In this document: positions 23,468 through 34,831 of the stretch, piece after piece
Numbering within the stretch: position 1 is the stretch's first letter
How the letters are laid out: each line of letters begins with the position of its first letter
Assembly: GCA_000934665.2 (NCBI GenBank)
Contig: KZ538169.1
Span: 62,001 to 109,400 of the forward strand
Origin: Catajapyx aquilonaris
Lineage: Eukaryota
Length of the DNA: 47,400 bases
Direction: 5' to 3'
The notes under the pieces: generated by a model
Databases searched by the model: none
What the model saw: the letters and a program-made list of their open reading frames with translations, nothing else
Told to the model about the DNA's origin: nothing
Position numbers and translations under genes: made by a program

Positions 23468-24180
23468 GGCTCGAAATTAGTCATTAACCAACAGCAAGTT
23501 TTTATCACTAAGCTGCTTGTATTTAACAGCTGTCTCATAATTAGCTACTTATTCGACTTCCAATTAAAGAAAAACCAACAAGAGAGATTTTTATACCTTA
23601 GCTGCTTATATATTTAACAGCTGTCTAACAATTATTAGCTATTTATTCGACGCAAAATAAACCCAAGCCAAAACAGCAGCTATTTTATCATTAAGCTGAC
23701 CATTCAAATAGCTATTGTAAATTAGCTGCTTATTCGGAGCCAAATTAAAGAAAACCCAACAAAAGCGATTATCACTAAAATCGTTTTTCAATAGCTATTT
23801 AATAATTAGCTACATTTCCAGAGCAATTTTATCACTCAGCTGCGTATTTAATAGCTGACTAATAATTAGCTGTTAATTTGGCTCAAAATTAGTCAAACCT
23901 GGAGCAGCGCTAAAATGCGATTTAAATATCTATTTAATAATTAGCTGCTTTTCCGATTTGAAATTAAAGGAAAACCAACATGAGCAATTTTATCGCTATA
24001 AGCCGCTTATTTAACAACTGTCAGTAGCTGCTAGTTAGGCTCAAAATTAGTTCAGCTAACAGCAGCTATTTTATCACTAAGCTGCTTATTATCCAATTTG
24101 AAATTAGCAACTTTTTCGGCGCAAGATTAAAGAAACTCCGGCCAGCACGAGCGATTTTATCATTAAGCTGCTAAACTGCT
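22960..24180. repeat. AT-rich degenerate satellite containing an (AAT)n tract at 23387-23467
   Basis: Recurrent ATTTTATCACTAAGCTGCTTATTTAA...AATTAGCT; related pieces at ~1570-1715 and ~24780-24880. Confidence 0.8.
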
Positions 24181-24185
24181 ACATA

Positions 24186-24519
24186 TTAATTATAATAATT
24201 GTTAATAATTGTTGGGTATAGTGCTCACCTTATCGGTATCAGCACAGACCTTTATTTGTTAATGAGTTGTACAGTACATTGTAACACGCCCGGTCCCACG
24301 GGCAGGACGACAGGAGGGGATGTGCAAGTGCAGTGCGGTAACGGTGCTTGGTCATTTTGTGATCTCCCCCGGGTGGTTTAGTATGTGGATATACCACCCG
24401 AGACGAAGCCAGAGACGACCCCAGAACTCTGCACGAGATGAAGGGGGTGTCCCCGGGCTGGGATCGAACCCGGGATCTTAACACCGTTACCGTTACCGCG
24501 GCGCCACTCCGTCTCCCCC
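24186..24519 (-). mobile_element. tRNA-derived SINE with AT-rich tail and ~16-bp TSD
   Basis: Minus strand has an A-box-like TGGCGCCGCGG and B-box GGTTCGATCCC. GCTAAACTGCTA(C/T)ATA flanks both sides (24170 and 24520). Confidence 0.8.
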
Positions 24520-24535
24520 GCTAAACTGCTATATA

Positions 24536-24777
24536 CAGGGTGTTCCAAGTTCGTGGGTCACTTTTCTTATCACTAATATTGCCCAAAGTCGTTATTTTTT
24601 TTGTAGCTTGTTGTACCTCTCATCAGTTTCCCCATTACTCCCAGGTGGTCGAATATAGCAGTTGCTATAGATAGGTCAACTGATTAGGGCTTATAGGGGC
24701 ACAACAAGACAAAAAAAATAACCACTTCGGGCAATATTAGTGATCAGAAAAGTGATCCGCGAACTTGGAACATCCTG
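24536..24777. mobile_element. Tc1/mariner-type MITE, same family as 20400-20632
   Basis: TA|CAGGGTGTTCCAAG...CTTGGAACATCCTG|TA. Confidence 0.9.
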
Positions 24778-24909
24778 TAGGCCTATTAGTTGTCTTCAGC
24801 GAAATAGTTAATGTGAGTTAAGGACACCAACAGTTCCTTTTTAGCACTCATCTGCTTATTTAACAATAATTGTCAAGAAAGCGCTGGCTACTCATAAAAT
24901 ACAGCTCAA

Positions 24910-25089
24910 CAGTTGACTCCGGATATAACAGCCTCGGCTATAACAGATTCTCGGCTATAGCAGACTCAAGAGTCTGGTCCCACCATACTTCCATATAGTT
25001 ATACATATATGGCCTGTGTATTTGGCTATAACAGACCTTGCAGACTGGGGATCCCTACGCTTCAAGGATGTTATATCCGGAGTGTACTG
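24910..25089. mobile_element. pogo/Tigger-like MITE
   Basis: CAGTTGACTCCGGATATAACA ... TGTTATATCCGGAGTGTACTG|TA, with internal CGGCTATAACAG subrepeats. Confidence 0.7.
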
Positions 25090-25871
25090 TACGTGTATAT
25101 TATTTGCTTCCTAATGACGGAGACTTTGAACTATTGACCTCAGGTGCTATTGGGTCAATTCTCACTTGGGAATGTCACTCACTAGCTCAACGCACTTCAA
25201 TCGGTCTGGATCCTTTTGAACCAAATACTTGTTATTCGCAAAATATGTCTGCATTCGCCCAGATAACTAATATAATAATAATAATCATCATCATCATCAT
25301 GTCAGATGAACACACAAAAAGTAATTCATTATGGAGAGGCGTCAGGCGTCACTCTGTATCTCTATAGCTACTACAGATGTTATTAATGTTATGTCTATGT
25401 ACGGTATAGCTGTTATATTATTTAAATACAATATAAATATTAATTTTAGGCACTAAAATCTGGCTGGTCCGCAAAAAATGAAATATCCAAGGTCCAGACA
25501 ATAATGTGGGAATAATTCGCAAAACGTTTAGGCACTCTTAAATTGGCACAAAAAAATTTGGCAACGGTGCCCCCAGGGCGGGTGTTTGTAATTGGCCATT
25601 ACCGAGTCGTCTGCAAGCGACGTGTATTGGCCCCCTCCTTTTGTCCCCAAAAACAAATGGGCCATCTTTTTGAGCTGGAAAAAAAAATAGGTCTTTTGTG
25701 CGACCCCAGAACAAAAAATGGCTGGAAGGAAATAGGGGGTGGTCAAAATTCAGCCAAAAACAAGCTAAGACTGGAATGATTATTTTTCGAGGAAACAATA
25801 TTCAATAAATATTAGGCTCATCACTTTTTGCATGTCCAGCATCTTCACTTTGTAAAGTGCACATCTCTTAA

Positions 25872-26105
25872 AGGGACACTCCACTCCAAATGCAAGTTGG
25901 GCTCTAAAAATCGGGCAAAAAATCCTGATTCTGAGTGTATAAGCAGTTTTTCTGAGAGACGAACGGTAAGGCCAGGGCGAGCCGTCAAAGTTAGGCAATT
26001 CGCATCTGCCGCAAAACAGCAGCGCCTCCCCCGGGACTGGGCAGAAATTGGGATAATCTTGCGCCATCTTGATCCACGCCATGGTCCGCGCCATCTTTGG
26101 TCCGT
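25872..26105. mobile_element. DNA transposon end, TTAA|AGGG (Kolobok-like); second copy at 36111
   Basis: TTAAAGGGACA..CTCCACTC.AAAT.CAAGTTGGGCTCTAAAAATC is shared and homology stops at the TTAA. Confidence 0.7.
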
Positions 26106-26447
26106 CCCACAGGTTCATCCCGCCACCTCTTGACCCGACCCGACTTTCAGCCCTAAATCACACGGGACATAATTCATCTAAGGACAAGTGAAGACTGGAA
26201 TGATTATATTTTTTCCTAACGTTACATGAGGGCAACACAGATCACAACAACAACAAGTGCATATGTCACATATCACCCGGTCGCAATGACCGTCTTTTTG
26301 CATAAGAGGTCAACGTAATAATTATTTATTACAATAATTGGTTCAACAGCTAACAAGGGAAAATTATCAAAAAATTCGAACCAGGAATGTGTTTACGTAC
26401 AACATGAAGTTTGCATAATCTACAATAATGTGCGCAACTGTCGCTAA

Positions 26448-26670
26448 AATGAGTAAAGTAGCAGACCTGTAACTCAAATTAGCCTCTTCACGACTCGTGA
26501 GGCTCGCCTTGAGGTTAATTTGATCTTCAGGTCTGCTACCTTACTTATTTCCGCAACTTTACAGTCACGTAAAAGAGTAAGGTAGCAGACATGATGAAAT
26601 TAGCCTCTTGACGACTTGGGAGGTTGCCTCGCATGGAGGCTAATTTTCAGGTCTGCTACCTTACTCATTT
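26448..26670. repeat. Two tandem ~95-bp hairpins
   Basis: GAGTAA(A/G)GTAGCAGAC...GTCTGCTACCTTACT at 26451-26547 and 26575-26666. Confidence 0.8.
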
Positions 26671-26745
26671 CAACGACCATACATTTATTTGGTGGCGGAC
26701 TTGGATTGTAGGAACTGAGTTAATACGCAGCGATGTAGCTTTTAA

Positions 26746-27866
26746 TCATTGGCTCGTGCTTCCGAACATCACGATCTTGCTGGACAGTCGACTCTGCGGA
26801 CAAAAAAAGAGCGTTAGTAACATGTTTAAATTGTTGGAAGTGACAATTACATTTTCAGGTTGCTGCTGTTGGGCCATGAAGGCCTGGACTTTTGATAGCA
26901 GGAACGGAGGTGCTCTGAATCCGACTAGCTCCTCCGAGTTGTCGTGTCCATCCTGGTTTCCGCCGCGGTTGGCCATGAGCCTCAAGATGTCCTCGACTAG
27001 CATCAGGTAAGCTCGTCCGCCAGTCGACGGCATCAGACCAGACTTGCACAGCCACTCCTTATCCGTGGAGTCGCCTGGATACTTGAAAAGCTCCGGATGC
27101 TTCATGTACAGGCGGCCACGTGTCTGCCCAAACCCCATGACCTTGTTGGCTCTGAAACAAATTGCGGATTGACTTTTGCTTTGAAACTAGATTGGTACTA
27201 ATTACTTGGCTCCAAGTATGAACAGTGTATCGTTGTTGATTCGCGCTGGGTCCCATCTTGTGGATGGGCTGTTTGATGGAGGCGTTAGCATCAGTCGTTT
27301 CAGCTGCGGCGAGTCATCCGCATCGTTTGATTTACGCTTGTAGTCTGGTTTTGTCTGGAACAAGCGGCGCTACAGCTTCAACTTAACATACGAATTACGG
27401 AGGGCTTACACTATGTGTGTCGCTCTTTGCCGCACTGGCGTACATCGACTTCGCTTCCTCCAACACCTGGATACACACTTGGTTCAAATCCGCCTGGTCG
27501 ACCATTCCTTGACCCAGATTACTCCGGATGTTGTCGACTCCAGGGCTGAAAAACTTCTGCAATGGACACACCGTTAATGCTCCATCTCTAACCAGGTTAC
27601 GACAGTACCTTCAGGTAAGTCTGAATCACTTGATCAATGTCCCGGTTGATAAGCCTCTGCACGTTCTGCCGGAGGAGATCCAGGCTGCGGACCGAATCTG
27701 ATTTGTTTCCCATCACTCCGCCTCGTAAGCTCGTTATGATTCCAGGTCTAGCGCTGAACGGCGCGAATTCAACCAGTCCGGAGCTGGGGTTCTGACTGGA
27801 CGCTCCGCTGGGTTGGCCCATGGGCGGACCGGGGGCCATCGGGCCTGCCGCTTTCAAGATCACCAT
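26746..27866 (-). CDS. DNTTIP1: Deoxynucleotidyltransferase terminal-interacting protein 1 (MiDAC subunit), ~300 aa; exons 27866-27609, 27556-27410, 27354-27206, 27151-26851, 26793-26746
   Basis: Dimerisation region SLDLLRQNVQRLINRDIDQVIQTYLK|KFFSPGVDNIRSN..LEEAK and C-terminal RWDPARINNDTLFILGAKANKVMGFGQTRGRLYMKHPELFKY match recalled human DNTTIP1. GT-AG introns of 52-57 nt have consistent phases. The start codon is uncertain because an acceptor at 27879 may link an upstream exon. Confidence 0.93.
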
Positions 27867-28249
27867 CGGGCGGTGATGCTGCAAGGAAATGCGAGTCGAG
27901 CATCTCGTTGCCGATAGTCATTAGTTCAAGTACTTCGCAGCTTAATTAGGGAAGCTGTCTCCGTAAAATATGTCCATATTGTACTTGTCAATAATTTTAA
28001 ATACAGTAATATTTTCGATAATAATTATCTATTCAATATCTACTATTATTATTGACAATTATTATTACAGTATTGTACGGTAATTATTGTACAATACTGT
28101 AATAGCAATTGTCAATAATAATATTGTACATACTGTAATAGTAATAGTAATAATAATAATTGTACATTCTGTATATAGTAATTTAGATATTTAGACAATA
28201 ATAGTACATATGTAATAGTAATAATTGTCAATAAAAATAACAGCACATA

Positions 28250-28455
28250 ATAGTAATTATTGTAATAATAATCAATATTTGTAATATGGTAGTAATTGTA
28301 ATAATGATCAATATTTGTATGTAATGCGGTAGTAATTGTAATAATGATCAATATTTGTATGTAATGCGGTAGTAATTGTAATAATGATCAATATTTGTAT
28401 GTAATGCGGTAGTAATTGTAACAATTATCAATAATTGTATGTAATACTGTAGTAA
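28250..28455. repeat. 40-bp AT-rich tandem repeat, about 4-5 copies
   Basis: GTAGTAATTGTAATAATGATCAATATTTGTATGTAATGCG. Confidence 0.85.
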
Positions 28456-29371
28456 CTAAAATAATGAACAAAACGGTACGTAACACTGTAGTAATTGGCA
28501 ATGTTGACAATTACTCGGCAGGACTTGTTTCACCTAGTGAGGATTACGAATTAAACTTGCACACACTTGTCTCATTGCCTTGCACAATTATTTCATGCAT
28601 TTATTTACTAGTTTTTAGCTTCAATTTATCTTTAAATTTGGGCTCGTAGGGCCTTATGTAATGTCTAAAGTCCCGGCATGCCCGTCTGATGGGTGCTAAT
28701 TCCTCTGCCATTGCTCATTAGAGGGGCCGCTAATCAAGCCAAAATTTTAAGGCGGATTACGTGAGGAGTCGCCGCGGATCCAAAAATCACGGAAATTGCT
28801 GGAAACTGGTCGCCAAAATTCGCGGAAAAACCGAGTCTAAAGGGGAGAATCGGACCCAAACAAAAACTTGGGTGTCTGCTGCTGGTTTTGTGACAATGGG
28901 GTTGAGCGTCATATTCTTGCCCCACAAATTTACTGCCAGTTTTTGCCGAATTGAGCGCAAAAATTAGGCTACAATAATGCGATTTTTTTTTTTTTACAAA
29001 AATTGCAACATTTTAAAAAAATGTGCCTGTACGAACATGGCGTCACATTTTAGCTAAATTGACTAGATGGTTTGAGTTATGCTTGTACCTAGGTGGCAGT
29101 GTCATTAATATTTTAGATATCAAATTTAGGTGATTGTTTTTTTATAATTTAAATGTGTATTTGTGGCGGCATAATTGTGGTGTACTTGTTATTGTTCTGT
29201 AATGAGCCTTCCGATTAATAAGCAGCTACATCAAAGCGGTAAGCGGCTATTGAGAACAAGCAGCTTAAGAATGGCGTCTTCTTCTTCTTCACCGGCAATG
29301 GCCTGAGCGTCTCTCTGGATCGTTCCACAACAAGCCTTGGAAGAAGAAGCTCCCCCCGGCCAGCCCCAGCC

Positions 29372-32300
29372 ATGGCGACGGAGGGGCAGACCTTCCTGGA
29401 GGTATGCAAGCAGGGGAGGATGAGGGACGTGAGGGAGATGGTGGAGCAGAAGGGGATGGACATAGAGGCCACGGTGGACGGGAAGGGCATGTGCGGAACA
29501 CACTGGGCAGCGTCCAGGGGGCAGATCAAGGTCCTCAAGTTCCTGCTGGACCAAGGGGCGGACGTGGAGCATGTGGACAACGACCACTGGACACCCTTGC
29601 ACTGGGCCGCCTGCCACAACCACAAGCAGGCGGCCCTCCTCCTGATGGAGTGGGGCGCAGACCCCACCAGGAAGGACAGCGAGGGGCACACTCCGGCCAT
29701 GGTCGCCAGGGACTACGGACACACCAAGACGCTGGAGCTGCTGGAGCAGAAGGAGAAGGAGATCACCGAGGAGCTGGACGGAAAGGTGAGCTAATCAGAA
29801 AGTTGCCACGGTCAACCGGGTTGCTCGTTGCAGTGGTCAAAAATGTTGCCATGGTCGCTCATTGCCAAACTATTGCAGGTGCCATGGTTTCTGGTCCCAC
29901 AGTCCAAATTGTCATGGTAACCCTGTCGTCATGAAAAATCTCATGGTTCCGTGTTCACTGGTTGCCATGGTCACTCGTTGCCATGGTCAGTCTTTGCCGT
30001 GCTTACTGTTGCCATGGTCGCTTGTTGCTATCCTACCTGTTGCCATAGTCAGTTGTTGCCATGCTAACTGTTGCCATGGACGGAAAGGTGAGCTAATCAG
30101 AAAGTTGCCATGGTCGCTCCATGCAGTGGTAAACCATGTTGCCATGGTCGCTCATTGCCAAACTATTGCAGGTGCCATGGCTTCTGGTCCCACAGTCCAA
30201 ATTGTCATGCTAACCCTGTCGTCATGATAAATCTGATGGTTGCCATGGTCACTGGTTGCCATGGTCGCTTGTTGCTATCCTACCTGTTGCCATGGTCACT
30301 CGTTGCCAAACTTGGTGCTGTGGTTTCTGGTCCTGTAGTCCACATTGTCATGCTAACCCTGTTGCCATGATAAATCTGATGGTTCCATGTTCACTGGTTG
30401 CCATGGTCGCTTGTTGCTATCCTACCTGTTGCCATGGTCACTCGTTGCCATGGTCAGTCTTTGCTGTGCTAACTGTTGCCATGGTTGCTTGTTGCCATCC
30501 TACCTGTTGCCATGGTCACTCGTTGCCAAACTTGGTGCTGTGGTTTCTGGTAGTCCTCATTGTCATGCTAACCCTGTTGCCATGATAAACCATGTTCAAT
30601 GGTCACTTGTTGCCGTGGTGTCTCATTGCCATGGTGAACCTGCTTCCGTGGTGTGTCATTGCCGTGGTAAACCTGGTTCAAGTGTCACTTGTTGCCGTGG
30701 CGAACCTGGTGTCGTGGTCACTTGTTGCCATGCTAACCCTGTTGCCGTGCGGTGAACGTAGTGCCATGGTCGCTCATTGGGGTGGTACACCTGCTGCCAT
30801 GGTACACAGTATGCTAACCCTTTGAAACCCTTCGTTAGGCTGTCATGCTTTGGTGTTTCATGGAATATACGACTTTTGGCTGCTGGTCAACTGGCTGCCA
30901 TGACATTTGGTGGGCGGTCATTTCGCTGATTGTAATGATACGTATATCAGCGTCAGCTTGAAGGTTGGCAAAGCCGCGATAATGTTCGTTGGCCTGCGGC
31001 ACCACAAGACGGACAGTATTGGTGCAGTAACCCCGAAGCCATGCAGATGACACCAACACAACGGGCACAGCCATTTCCGTTAATAGCCTAAAAGGCCAAG
31101 TTGCATTTATGTACTCGGATTTTCATTCTGCAAATACCTTATGTCTCGAGCCATTTGATCTGGCAACTCTGACCGCAGCCAAGTTAATCGGCAACTGAAA
31201 GGCAGCAGCCATTTTTACCGCAGCCAAATGGCACAGCAGCCAATTGACATGGCAGCCAGTTGACTGACGGCGAAAAAATTAGAGACAACGGGAAGTGCTT
31301 TTAATCACTGTCTGTGTGCCAACTGGTAGTGGCCTATGGTACTACGTCCAAGTGGGGCAGTGTTGCCAAATTTTGATGACTACAAGAAGTACGTAAGATA
31401 AGCATGTTTTTCTTCTTCTTACAGGTGAATCCAAAGGGGTACTTTGATGCATGCAGGAATGGCGAGCTGGATGACGTTGCGACTTGGCTGGATGAGACTG
31501 GTGTGGACATAAAGCTGGAGATGGACAGGTGGGGCCGAAGTGGGATTCACTGGGCAGCTCGGATGGGCCACAGGGACGTGGTGGAGCTGCTTCTGGACCG
31601 TGGCGTGGACGTGGACCTGGTGGGTACGTCTGACTTCCGTACGCCCCTGCACTACGCAGCGCTGTACGGCCATCTGTCGACGGCCCAGCTTCTGTTGGAG
31701 CGTGGGGCAGACCTGACCAAGAAGGACAAGAAGTGCAAGACTCCCAAGCAGCTGGTTCCAAGAGCCAGCGTATCGCTTGTGGAACTTCTGGAGCAGAAGG
31801 CCCGAGAAGTCGGTGCGGAAGAAGAGGCGCAAGAGCAGGAAATTGAGGTATTGCTACCTACCAGCATACGGCAGGACACTGCTAATAATTTGCTCTCACG
31901 TCAGGTTGACCCAAAAGGATACTTCGATGCATGCAGAAACGGAAGATACGATGATGTTGAGTACTGGCTGGATAAAAAGGGGGTGAACGCCGCTGGAGAG
32001 ATGGACAAGATGGGACGGACCGGAATTCACTGGGCGGCTCGTATGGGCCATAAGGACGTGGTTCAGCTTCTGCTTGATCGAGGCGCGGACCTGGATCTGG
32101 GAGGCGGAACAGACTGTCGTACACCGCTTCACTATGCTGCGATGTTCGGGTTTGAAGGGATAGCCCGGCTTCTCCTTCAGCGTGGGGCTGACGTGACCAA
32201 GAAGGACAGACGGGATAAGACACCGAGGCAACTAGCCGCAATGAACGGCCACAACACGCAGCTCCTCCTCATGCTTGAGAAGAAGGAAAAGGAGCTGCAG

Positions 32301-32982
32301 GCCGCAGCCGAATCATCCATGAATGCTGGAAAGGTAAGGCGCAATCAAGTCAACCAAACAGTGCACTAATTACTCTTTCAACAGCCCGACGCGAACGATT
32401 ACATCAAGGCTTGTCGTAAGGGCAAGCTGTTCGAAGTAAAAGAGTGGATTGAAGTACGGCAATTGGACGCCAAGAGCACAATGGATCACAATGGGTGGAC
32501 CGGAGTCCACTGGGCCGCTTACGAGTGCAACATGGACATTGTTAAGTTTCTGCTTAACTCAGGAGCAGATGTGGACCAAGCGGACGAGGTGAACAGTCGT
32601 ACTCCGCTTCATTACGCAGCACTGTACGGCCAGAAGGCAATCGCCACTTTCCTTCTGGAGCGAGGCGCCAACCCGAAAGTGGAGGACAAGGACGGCAAGA
32701 TTCCTCGACAGCTTGCCATCTTCAACGGGTACCACCCACTGGCCAACATGCTGAAGAAGAAGGAGGAGGAGATGGAGCGGGAGTCGGAAGCCTCAGAGGA
32801 CAAAGTACTTACCCGTACATTTGAAACCAATTTTAATCCGAACTGTACTGTACTTGTGTCTAAATCGCTGCTATTTTCAGAAGTACGGAAAGCGGAAATC
32901 TTCGACAAGCATCAACCGAAACCAGAAGAGGAAACCCTCTTGGAGATTCGAAGGCGAAGCGGAGAAGAAGAGTGATACGTGA
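29372..32982 (+). CDS. Four-module ankyrin-repeat protein, ~595 aa; exons 29372-29785, 31425-31847, 31905-32333, 32385-32804, 32881-32982
   Basis: TPLHYAA/HWAA...LL.RGAD ankyrin motifs in four homologous exons of 414-429 nt; all junctions are GT-AG phase 0. Linkage of exon 1 and the last exon is inferred. Confidence 0.88.
29800..30820. repeat. Intronic degenerate array of GTTGCCATGG motifs with higher-order duplications
   Basis: Roughly 25 GTTGCC(A/G)TG cores; a 302-bp duplication includes the exon-1 splice donor. Confidence 0.85.
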
Positions 32983-34147
32983 ACGGGATCCGATGTTCGC
33001 ACGTTTTCGCGTGTTGTACAAATCACGTACACCCGTTATTATCCAGATCTGATCACTTTTTTTTCCGCCTAACATCGGATCCCTCAGACATTTACTGCCC
33101 AATTGTCTCGGCAATCACATGACTTTTTTTTTTTTTTCCGGGGAAGAACGCATGCGGGAGAAATGTACATAGTTTCGCGCACCCAGTGTGTATGTTCAAA
33201 GTTGCCTGGAGTGGAGTGGAGATATGTCACAAATTCCATGTTTCGGGCAAGCTTCGTCCGCTAATATTCTACCTGGGCAAAAATCGCAGCGGTAAAAAAT
33301 ATTTGATTACTTTTATATCATGCGATAGCTTGTAATGTCTAGGATTCGCTCTATCGGGACTCTAAAAAAAAAAAGCTGGCCATGTACAGATGGTTTTACT
33401 GATCTTATAAAATTTTTTGGGGGAGTTTTTAAAGAATTATTACAAGAGGCAAATTATATGTATTTGAAAACCGGCTAATTAGTTTCGAGTGATGAGATAC
33501 GATGCAATAATGTGCTGGTTACACGACAACAATTGCTCTGCCGGGCGAGCCGTAATCCATGTGGCAGTCAGTGTTGATTGTTTTTTTTTCTGGAAGGAAA
33601 AATGTCGTGACATTTGACCTTGGTTGACACTTCACCTCTTATTCAGAAGCTGCTGGTTTTTACTTGATTTTCCATTGTTTTTAAATGGCGAATGATTTTG
33701 TAATTTGTGTCATTTTCCGTTAGTTGTAAGCGAGATTTTCTTCCCCGATTTTCAGGGCAAGCGAGAGAGAATATGGCGTACAAATTGCATGCGTAAAACG
33801 AGTTTAAAAAAAAAACAACAACAGGATTTTAGCACTGTGTAACTTCCTGGTAAATTATATTTTACATGATGATTCCAACTTCCATCGAGAGTCGAAAGCT
33901 TAGATGGCATACGCTACTTTCCGTACTTTCTGCAAAGCACTTGCATTTTCGTATGGGTTCGGATGGACGGCATTCTTCACATCCCGAGTGCACATGGAAA
34001 TTTACGCCAGAATTTAATTATTTTCCTGCCAGAGAAAAGCGGCAGATTTCGACATTGGCCCCCGAAGAATTTGCACAATGGAAACGAAAGGAGCATGTGC
34101 CGTCTGAGCATGTGACTTATTATTTGCCTGCATCAATTTCAGCGTTA

Positions 34148-34222
34148 AGGCCCATTCACAACGGTTTTGGTTTTTGGTCGCTTTGACGCCGCGGACGTAG
34201 ACGGCCTGTGTGAATGGGCCTT
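34148..34222. mobile_element. Tiny MITE remnant (PIF/Harbinger-like termini)
   Basis: TTAAGGCCCATTCACA...TGTGAATGGGCCTTTAA. Confidence 0.6.
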
Positions 34223-34831
34223 TAAGTGGAGACACTTTCACCAATAATAATAATTGATAGGAACAAATATTGTTTAATAAAATCTCCTGCGTTTATCAGT
34301 TTTATAAGGGGGGGCACTTCAACAACAACAAAAAAACAATGAATGCAACTTATACGCATGAATCAGGTCGTACATACATGATTGTCTTAAAACACGTGCT
34401 CTGTGCCCAATTATGTTTAAAAAAAATCAAATGTCAGCAGACCTCGTTACAAGTTAAGGAACAAATACCCCAGCAATCAGAACCAGTTATCATTATTCTT
34501 TCAGCAAATAATAGTGGTGATGTCACATGCCTTCAATATATTTATTGGTTTAACGACTAGCACATGTTGAGCAATTGCTGGCCGCTGTGACATCACCACT
34601 CTTTCTCCTGCTGGATAATGATTGCTGGTGGACCTGATTGCCTTAACAGAATTAGCCAACGAAGCCGCAGCATGACCGCAACTACGGAGTTACAAACTTC
34701 AAACTGCAACTTCATGTGAAAAAAAATAATTAACAATCCCCATCATAACGTTAAAAAGAAGGGGGGGGGGGGGAAAAAATGCAATCCCCAACTTGAAGTG
34801 AAAACTTCCTGCCTGAACTTGTGGGTCTTGC

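Noticed and set aside
24440..24519. tRNA gene
   Set aside because: No full cloverleaf; the tail and TSD indicate a SINE.
29215..29722. Long antisense ORFs over ankyrin exons (also 31342-32241 and 35101-35691)
   Set aside because: Shadow ORFs of GC3-rich coding sequence.
29862..30825. Cys/His-rich or hydrophobic ORFs
   Set aside because: They are translations of the GTTGCCATGG array in several frames.
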